47,837 bases of DNA from an uncultured Pseudobutyrivibrio sp. Its GTDB lineage: Bacteria; Bacillota; Clostridia; Lachnospirales; Lachnospiraceae. The first letter of the stretch is position 1. The number at the start of each line of letters is the position of its first letter. Of the stretch, positions 19,368 through 26,751 are shown piece after piece. The notes under the pieces were generated by a model. The model worked only from the letters and a program-made list of their open reading frames with translations, did no database searches and was not told the origin of the DNA. The stretch lies in contig CAMNPQ010000001.1 in the NCBI GenBank assembly GCA_946548305.1, forward strand, positions 1 through 47,837, read 5' to 3'. The position numbers were made by a program, and so were the translations under genes.

Positions 19368-21617
19368 TCATGAATTCCCACTTTTTTTCGAAATTTGTTG
19401 CAAAGAAGCATTGAGTTGTTTAACCATCTCTTCTGGTACAGCTTTACCGGCCTGTTTTATCAAAGATTCAAGCGGAATCTTATCCAACATTTTCTGCAGG
19501 CCTGCATTATTATTGGCGGATTTTGCCACATCACCTCGACTTGCAATCATTTTATTCATCATTTCATCAACTATTGCCTTAGTATCAGAGTTTTCTTTTA
19601 GCGTACCCAAAGTATCTTTTATGGAATAAAAGCCCTGCTTTATATCATCTTTATCGAACCAATTTATTACTGGTTCAGCTTCCTCAAGAAAATAGCTTTT
19701 ATTCGGACTATCTACTTTTTTAATTGTAATGACATCACTACACATTCCAGCCTTTGCCTCTATTTTGTGGATTCCACTTATTGGCACTTCAAAATCAAAT
19801 ACCACATCACCAGTTTTTGTTTCAAATTCTTTGTCATCAACAAACAAAGTAACAGCAGGCATATTAGAATATACCTTTATAGGAGTTTTATCCTCACACC
19901 TATCAATATATCTATGACCACACAGATGAACAAATTTTTCCCTTTTATTCCATGAGGCCTTATATAAATAGAATGCATCCTTCTTAATTGCTCTATCAAA
20001 TGTGACTAAGCCCTTTTGATTTTGTCCCTTCTTTCCGCCTTCTTCTCTTCCATCGGCAGCAAAATCAAACATGTTCCATACGTGAGTTGCCCACAAATAC
20101 GGTCTATCATTTATGCATTTCAAAATATGTTCATGATATATGCACTGATATTCCTCTGTATAATCATTTTTAACTGGTCTACTACTATGAAGTTCTGGGT
20201 TTGCATCTGCTCCATATTCCGAAAAACCAATAACAGCATCTGGATACTTGCTATGGTATTCATCAAAAAAGGATTCATTCTGCTCCAGTTCACCTAAATA
20301 CCATCCAAAATAAAGATTATAGCTACATACATCCGCAAGTCTTACTATAGGCTCATCTATATCAAGCATAAAGGCATGAGCCATTGTTGTAAACCTGGTA
20401 GAATCCAATCTATGTGCCAACAAGTTTAAATCATTATGATTTTTCAAGAGATTATCAGTTATTTTTCCGCCAACAGTTATTTCATTTGATAATCCCCAAC
20501 AAACGATAGATGGATGATGATAGCACTGAACAATCAACTCTGTCATTTGTGAAATGGTGTTGTCATATCCCTCATCCATATGATTAGTTATATAAGGTAT
20601 TTCTGCCCAAACAACAATTCCATTTTTGTCGCAAAGATCATAAAACTCCTGAGAGTGCTGATAATGAGCTAATCTAATAGTGTTGGCACCTATTTCCTTA
20701 ATAATCTCAATGTCTTCTTTTTGCATGTTTAGATTTATTGCATTGCCAACGCCTAATCTATCCTGGTGCCTTGAAACACCTCTAAGAGGGTAGGATTTTC
20801 CATTTAAAAAGAACCCCTTCCTTGGGTCAACAAAAAAACTTCTGAACCCAATTATTGTATTTACGCAGTCAACAACCTCATTATTAAATTCAAGCTGTGC
20901 ATCTACGTCGTAACAAAATGGGTCGTCAATTCCATTCCATAAATGACAATTATCAATATTTATTTCAGTTTTGGCATAACCATTTGAAACTGCAGCCTTT
21001 GACCTAAAGCATTCTCCTTCACCATCGCTAATACTAAATACCACAGCATCTCCCCCTGTTACCCATGCCTCACAGGTTACTTTTGCATTTTTTTCATTCA
21101 CTTGAGGTGTTATTTTTATGCCATTACTTCCATAATAATTCATATCAAAATGATTCTTGTCTGCAACAACCAGGTAAACATCTCTGTATATTCCCCCATA
21201 AAATGTAAAGTCAGCGCGTTGAGGATAAACGGTTGTATTCTCACTATTATCCACTAGAACAGCGATTTTATTATCCCCTCCTTTAATGTAATCGGTAATA
21301 TCGCATCTAAATGTTGAAAAGCCGCCACAATGATTTTCAACCTGCTTATCGTTAACAAAAACCTTTGCAGACATGGAAGCTCCTCTAAACTCAAGATATA
21401 TATCCTTAGATGAATCAGTAATGTCAAACTGTGATGTGTTAAAGCTTTTTACATATTGAGCAGTACCTCTTATATAATCATTGCCCCCATCCTGTCCGTC
21501 TATATTATTCCACGTATGGGGTAAATTAACAGTTTGCCAATCATTTGGATATACCTTTGCTAATTGTTCATTTTTTGCAAATTTCCAATCATTATTAAGT
21601 ATTATATCTCTTCGCAT
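19368..21617 (-). CDS. GH2 glycosidase, probable beta-glucuronidase (resembles FMN-binding GUS clade)
   Basis: Start moved to ATG 21617 (MRRDIILNNDW, after AAGGAG). LPHTWN, HFDMNYYG, RLAHYQH, WGLSNE, SEYGAD, NQKG. Confidence 0.9.
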   Translation of the reverse strand: MRRDIILNNDWKFAKNEQLAKVYPNDWQTVNLPHTWNNIDGQDGGNDYIRGTAQYVKSFNTSQFDITDSSKDIYLEFRGASMSAKVFVNDKQVENHCGGFSTFRCDITDYIKGGDNKIAVLVDNSENTTVYPQRADFTFYGGIYRDVYLVVADKNHFDMNYYGSNGIKITPQVNEKNAKVTCEAWVTGGDAVVFSISDGEGECFRSKAAVSNGYAKTEINIDNCHLWNGIDDPFCYDVDAQLEFNNEVVDCVNTIIGFRSFFVDPRKGFFLNGKSYPLRGVSRHQDRLGVGNAINLNMQKEDIEIIKEIGANTIRLAHYQHSQEFYDLCDKNGIVVWAEIPYITNHMDEGYDNTISQMTELIVQCYHHPSIVCWGLSNEITVGGKITDNLLKNHNDLNLLAHRLDSTRFTTMAHAFMLDIDEPIVRLADVCSYNLYFGWYLGELEQNESFFDEYHSKYPDAVIGFSEYGADANPELHSSRPVKNDYTEEYQCIYHEHILKCINDRPYLWATHVWNMFDFAADGREEGGKKGQNQKGLVTFDRAIKKDAFYLYKASWNKREKFVHLCGHRYIDRCEDKTPIKVYSNMPAVTLFVDDKEFETKTGDVVFDFEVPISGIHKIEAKAGMCSDVITIKKVDSPNKSYFLEEAEPVINWFDKDDIKQGFYSIKDTLGTLKENSDTKAIVDEMMNKMIASRGDVAKSANNNAGLQKMLDKIPLESLIKQAGKAVPEEMVKQLNASLQQISKKSGNS

Positions 21618-21627
21618 ACTAAACTCC

Positions 21628-21858
21628 TTAATCATGAACAAACTCTGCCAATGAATCCTTATCGGCCTCATTTTCACATTTAATTTGTGCCCTAACAAGG
21701 ATTTCAGGTTTAGCAACCATAGCCACCACTGCATATTGACAGAGCGTTGATTTAAGGTTTAAATTATCTCCCTCTTCTGTCAGAAGATATACATCCTCCT
21801 TGCAATTCCTTACGGCTTTTATTAGTTTTAAAATATCTGCATCATCATTAAGAAACAT
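21628..21858 (-). CDS. Small HPr-like protein lacking the His15 motif
   Basis: 76 aa with GGGAG RBS, packed between operon genes; DVYL..EGDNLNLKSTL resembles the HPr Ser46 signature (VNLKSI). Confidence 0.6.
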   Translation of the reverse strand: MFLNDDADILKLIKAVRNCKEDVYLLTEEGDNLNLKSTLCQYAVVAMVAKPEILVRAQIKCENEADKDSLAEFVHD

Positions 21859-21889
21859 TTTTTCTCTCCCTGCAATTTGTTTAACCTAA

Positions 21890-23938
21890 TTATTCAACTA
21901 CGATTCTTACTCTATCTATATTTCTGATTTGTGTATATAACTGTCCCTTATCGCCAGTTCTTTCAGCTTTAATTCGTGCAACTGCAAAATAAGTGCCTGG
22001 TTTATAGAAAGTATGGAAAGCTACAGCTTCTCCATAACATCCATCATCACTGAGCTTAAAGTTCCCTTTTTCGCTAAAGTGCTCATCATTTTCAAAACTG
22101 TATTCTATAGCTGTAAGTTTACCTGTATGATTAGGAACGCTAGCTATGGCCTTAAACTCCACTGAATCACCTGTTTTTACGTGAGCACATTTAGAATCAT
22201 TTGCATAGAATTTGACAACTGGCTGTATTCCATGTCGTTCATCTGCAGTATCAGGAATCTTTATGCTCCCCCCATTGACCTCATAATGTGTTGATTCAGC
22301 TGGTGCAACTTTTTGCTCGACCCAGGCAGCCAAATCTATAAGAGCCTGTTTTAAGCCTGCAATATATGATGTGGCATATAATTCGTTAGCCGAAGCGGTT
22401 ATATCATCATGAAGACAGTTATCAAAATACCATAATCTTAAATAATCTCTATCATCTCCCCCTCTAACTGATTGAAGCTTTCTTCTGTACCAGTCTGCCT
22501 GCCAAGGATATGCCTGCTCATCCATTAGAGCTGCGACAATAATTATCTTGCAGTCGACTTCTCCGTTCTGCTTACATCCTGGACCATTTCCGCAAAACAT
22601 CGGTCCTAAAAGTTCTTTTCTCTGAGGATAAAGAGGATTCCCTTTATCATCTCTAAACTGATCCCAGGCTTTATAATCCAGCGATGGCACCTGGTGGCGA
22701 TGATATGTCTGAACTGCAATATAGTCAGAATTATCAATAAATACTTCCTCTCCCTCTGAAATAGAAAGTAAGGCCTTTTCGAAGTCCTTCATTCCAAAAC
22801 TGGAAGTAATATACATTATATTGCTTTCGATTTTGTTTACTGAGAAAGTAATCTTCTCACCATCATTTTTAGTAAATATAGCCACTGTCCCCTTGAAATA
22901 AGGATCTTTATTAACGGGTGCCTGTTCAATTTCTATCCATGGATCATCTCCAAAACAATCATCTGAAAACATTTTTTTCCATGCATCATTCACACCATTT
23001 CTGATGTCAATTTCATTGTCAGTCTTTATTTTTGTTGGAATATAGATATGTTTTACCCTAGTGTTATAGTGTATCCTATCTCTACAAGCACTTTCACTTT
23101 TGCGGCTTCCCAAGTATCCTTCTTTAGTCCAAAAATCAGTAAAATATGATTTATCTTTAGCCTTAATCCCTGGTAGTAGAACAGGCAATGCACCATCATT
23201 CATATCAGCATTTGCAAACCAACTTTTTAGCGGGAAACCAAATAATGTTGCTTCCCTCAAAGCTTCCGCTTCATCTTCATTCAATGATTCATAAGGATTC
23301 CCTGATCCACCTGCATCCACCGCATCAATTATTTCACTTATCTTATGACGCAATATTCTTTCTGCATGTGCTCTTGTAGATTGGCAGTTGGGAATTGCAT
23401 ATGGCGAACCAATCACATAAGGTACTGCACCATCATATGTATTCGTATTTTCTATACATGCAATGGTTCTGTAGCCTCCGCCACTGCCACCATAAACATA
23501 TCCATATGGTCTATGCTTATACCCATAAACCTTTACTGCTTGAAGCCTTGAATATTCTGCTGCCATTGCGCTGGCTCTATGAGTCATTGTTTTGTCAGGG
23601 TGGTTAACAAAGGCTTTTGATGAACCCATATTGGATTCAACATAATATGCACCATGTGTAATGCAAAATCCGATTTTATCATCTATTCCAAGCACTGGTA
23701 GTGATGCCTTTTCTTCATTTGGTCCTGGAAAAGGAGACAGATATTGATAAAACCTCCCTTCATAACATTCCTTCATAGGAAATGAAAATGAAAACTTTAT
23801 TCCTGTTCCTTCAAAGCCCCCATGCATATACCTAAATTTAAGAACTCTGCCATCGTCTAATATTCTTTCTTTTATTTCATCTTCATCTATATATCCTTTG
23901 CAAAAATCAGGATCTTTCAACGCATTATATTTTTCCAT
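21890..23938 (-). CDS. Putative serine hydrolase (tannase/feruloyl-esterase-like) with C-terminal PKD-like domain
   Basis: Start moved to ATG 23938 (GAGG RBS). YVYGGSGGGY (GxSxG), YDGAVP, candidate catalytic Asp (MDEQA) and His (CLHDD); C-terminal HTFYKPGTY is PKD-like. Confidence 0.6.
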   Translation of the reverse strand: MEKYNALKDPDFCKGYIDEDEIKERILDDGRVLKFRYMHGGFEGTGIKFSFSFPMKECYEGRFYQYLSPFPGPNEEKASLPVLGIDDKIGFCITHGAYYVESNMGSSKAFVNHPDKTMTHRASAMAAEYSRLQAVKVYGYKHRPYGYVYGGSGGGYRTIACIENTNTYDGAVPYVIGSPYAIPNCQSTRAHAERILRHKISEIIDAVDAGGSGNPYESLNEDEAEALREATLFGFPLKSWFANADMNDGALPVLLPGIKAKDKSYFTDFWTKEGYLGSRKSESACRDRIHYNTRVKHIYIPTKIKTDNEIDIRNGVNDAWKKMFSDDCFGDDPWIEIEQAPVNKDPYFKGTVAIFTKNDGEKITFSVNKIESNIMYITSSFGMKDFEKALLSISEGEEVFIDNSDYIAVQTYHRHQVPSLDYKAWDQFRDDKGNPLYPQRKELLGPMFCGNGPGCKQNGEVDCKIIIVAALMDEQAYPWQADWYRRKLQSVRGGDDRDYLRLWYFDNCLHDDITASANELYATSYIAGLKQALIDLAAWVEQKVAPAESTHYEVNGGSIKIPDTADERHGIQPVVKFYANDSKCAHVKTGDSVEFKAIASVPNHTGKLTAIEYSFENDEHFSEKGNFKLSDDGCYGEAVAFHTFYKPGTYFAVARIKAERTGDKGQLYTQIRNIDRVRIVVE

Positions 23939-23958
23939 GGATAACCTCAATTCATTTA

Positions 23959-25329
23959 TTATTCTTCATTACTAAGTCTTCGTTTTTCTTCCAATTCTGC
24001 CTTTATCTGAGGTAGTTGTTTATCCAGTTTATATGTAATCATAGAAAGACCGGTAATTACATATAAGACCATTGGTATGAAGCTCATGAGTAATCTAATC
24101 ATCACGATAGCACTTGAAGGCATTGTCGCTGCATCACCTGTGTACCCTGAAAACTGTAAGAATACACCCAGTGCACCTGCACCGATGGCAGAACCTATTT
24201 TCTTTCCTAGTCCTACCACACTACTCATAGTGCCTTCCATTCTATACATGCCTTTCCACTCGTTGTAGTCTGCACAATCGATAATAACAAGTGTAAGCAA
24301 AATAGAAGCAGGAACTGCACCACCACCAGTTAAAATAGCACCAATCATTAGAAGCGGTATATTATCCTTAGCAAAAAAATTAAGTAAGTATCCAGCAGCA
24401 GCTACAAAAAATCCCGCCATCATAAGCTTAGAAGTTGAAAACTTTTTTATAAGTGGTGGAAATGCAAACGCCATTGGTATAGCAACAATTGTTGCTGCTG
24501 ATGCAAGCCCCATAGCTCCAACGTTTCTCACAATGTACTTGTAATAGTAGGATGATACATTTAAATTGCATATAAAATTGAAAACAAAATTAACAAGTGT
24601 TATAAGAATGATATACTTATTAACTTTAAAAAGTTTAAAAACATCCTTTACGTTTAACTGTTCACTTTCATTTGTGTTGGCACTATCCACATCATATTTT
24701 TCTTCAACAAATAGCATTCTTAGAATTCCAATTACAGCCAAAGGCACTGCCATTATAAGAGCAAGTCTACTCCATCCAGCTGCATCTACTGCAATTTTTC
24801 CCATAGCCATTGGAAAAAATATATTAAAAATAAGTCCAGTCAACATTGTAAAAATACTTCCAAGAGATGTAAGCTTTACAATTTGTGTATCTTTAAATGC
24901 TCTAACCAGATAAGGTGCATTATTTGCGTTCAAAAATGTATTGCAAATGCTATTAACAAGTGCATACATAACAAATATCCATACACACTTAAATGCTGTA
25001 GATAACGACTCTGGACATGAAAACAGCAACCATGTGAAAAGCCACATAAAAATAATAAAGATTTCATATGGTCTAGCTTTACCCCATTTTGTTTTTGTCT
25101 TATCTACTATAAACCCAGCAACCATATCAGTAACGCCATCTATAAGTTTACTTCCCACTAAAATAGCACTAATTACAGCAGCAGGCATTTTTAATGCATC
25201 GGTACAATATATCATTAAAAATGTTGATATTAATAAATACGAAACTGATGAAGATACAGCTCTACTTTGCCACAATAACAAAGTTCCTAAGCCTACTCTT
25301 TCCTCCTTATTCTTTTTTTCTTTTCCCAT
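23959..25329 (-). CDS. GPH:cation symporter
   Basis: KLIDGVTDMVAGFIVDKTKTKWGKARPY and IDCADYNEWKGMYRMEG; about 12 TM segments. Confidence 0.92.
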   Translation of the reverse strand: MGKEKKNKEERVGLGTLLLWQSRAVSSSVSYLLISTFLMIYCTDALKMPAAVISAILVGSKLIDGVTDMVAGFIVDKTKTKWGKARPYEIFIIFMWLFTWLLFSCPESLSTAFKCVWIFVMYALVNSICNTFLNANNAPYLVRAFKDTQIVKLTSLGSIFTMLTGLIFNIFFPMAMGKIAVDAAGWSRLALIMAVPLAVIGILRMLFVEEKYDVDSANTNESEQLNVKDVFKLFKVNKYIILITLVNFVFNFICNLNVSSYYYKYIVRNVGAMGLASAATIVAIPMAFAFPPLIKKFSTSKLMMAGFFVAAAGYLLNFFAKDNIPLLMIGAILTGGGAVPASILLTLVIIDCADYNEWKGMYRMEGTMSSVVGLGKKIGSAIGAGALGVFLQFSGYTGDAATMPSSAIVMIRLLMSFIPMVLYVITGLSMITYKLDKQLPQIKAELEEKRRLSNEE

Positions 25330-25416
25330 TACATAAATCTCCTTTCAAATACCTGTATGTTTTATTTAATTTGATTATAAATAGTCAATCAATATTACAC
25401 GTGTCATAAATAGATA

Positions 25417-25467
25417 AGAGGGATAAAAAATCATCTATGATTTTCTATCCCTCTATTTTTTATCCCT
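25417..25467 (-). terminator. Long inverted repeat (probable terminator after araC) with a duplicated arm
   Basis: AGAGGGATAAAAAATCAT-CT-ATGATTTTCTATCCCTCT (17/18 match; the mismatch is G-U on the minus strand); extra arm copy at 25455-25467. Confidence 0.55.
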
Positions 25468-25493
25468 TTTTTCTATTTCCGATACATGTTCAA

Positions 25494-26732
25494 TTAATCC
25501 TGACAGTTCGTACGATATTCTACTGGAGAATAGCCAGTTTCTTCCTTAAATACTCTACTAAAATAATTTCTCGTTCCAAAATGAAGTCTATCACTTATAT
25601 CCTCAATACTATTGTTTGTACTAAGGAGTTCTATCTTTGCATAGTCTATTCGCGTTTTTCGTATATAATCAGTAACCTTTATCCCCATTTCCTTATAAAA
25701 TTTCTTTGAAAAATAATAAGGTGAATAACCTAATGCACTAGATATACTTTCCAACGAAATCTCCCTGTAGGCATTGGTTTTTATATAGTCACAGCATTTT
25801 GCTGTAGACTTCGATATTAATGGGTTGGTTTTATGAGCGTGAACCGTATTTACGTAGGTGTAAATCATATTTTCATTAAAGCTATGCAGCATTGATATAG
25901 TCTTGCATTCCTCTATACCATTTGCAAAATCATGCTCCAGTTTTCGACAAACAGGAATTGCCACGCCGCCATCCATTGCAGCTCTTGCGCATAAAGAATT
26001 AAACACAAACATAGTATTTTTTGCATCACGTAATGTTTCTCCTGAATCTGTCAAAAATTCCCCTGAGAAATTGATTACTTCATCAAATATCTCTCTATAG
26101 TTTAAATTTCCTTCTCTAATAGCATTCAGAAATATTCTCTCACCCTTTAATTCGTTATCGGCGTTTAAATAATTTCTTTCCTCCAAATTGTCAACTATCT
26201 TAATGGAGTCTTTATCATGCTGATATAATATATCATCCGCAAGTGGTTCAGAAGTAATAGCAAAATGTAACATACTAATATAAATGCTAATTACATTTCT
26301 ATACACGACAGGGACTTGGTTTAACGCCTTTACCATATGGCGTTTTAACATAACCGAAAACACTTTTTCAGATAGTTTTTCCTCGATGTTCTTCATGGTT
26401 ATATTGTTTAAGAAAAAAGGACCCATCAAAAAAATCACTTTAATATGATTATCCTCAGCAAATAGTGCCTCTGCAACCCAAACCATTCCCAAATCGTCGC
26501 TAAGCATTAACGGTTTGTTAAGCTTATCAGCATTCTCCATCATATAATCATAGCATCCACTTATTTTAAAAAAGTCAAAGAACTCTTCCTCCATTGGTGA
26601 TGTATTATAAAAGATCTCACCCCTTTTACTAAAAGCCCACATTCCAAGTTTTGCGGAGGCATATGCAAAAGCTGCCAGTACTCTACTCTTTACCTCTGGT
26701 GAAATTTCTTCCATTCTATCAAGCTTTGACAT
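25494..26732 (-). CDS. AraC-family transcriptional regulator (~400-aa type)
   Basis: YYFSKKFYKEMG...LHFGTRNYFSRVFKEETGYSPVEYR. Confidence 0.95.
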   Translation of the reverse strand: MSKLDRMEEISPEVKSRVLAAFAYASAKLGMWAFSKRGEIFYNTSPMEEEFFDFFKISGCYDYMMENADKLNKPLMLSDDLGMVWVAEALFAEDNHIKVIFLMGPFFLNNITMKNIEEKLSEKVFSVMLKRHMVKALNQVPVVYRNVISIYISMLHFAITSEPLADDILYQHDKDSIKIVDNLEERNYLNADNELKGERIFLNAIREGNLNYREIFDEVINFSGEFLTDSGETLRDAKNTMFVFNSLCARAAMDGGVAIPVCRKLEHDFANGIEECKTISMLHSFNENMIYTYVNTVHAHKTNPLISKSTAKCCDYIKTNAYREISLESISSALGYSPYYFSKKFYKEMGIKVTDYIRKTRIDYAKIELLSTNNSIEDISDRLHFGTRNYFSRVFKEETGYSPVEYRTNCQD

Positions 26733-26751
26733 AAATACCTCCTGCTATTGT

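Noticed and set aside
21618-21734. 39-aa extension of the third GH2 (MQWWLWLL...) that could be mistaken for a signal peptide
   Set aside because: It overlaps the HPr-like gene in another frame; the AAGGAG RBS and paralogue alignment give a start at 21617
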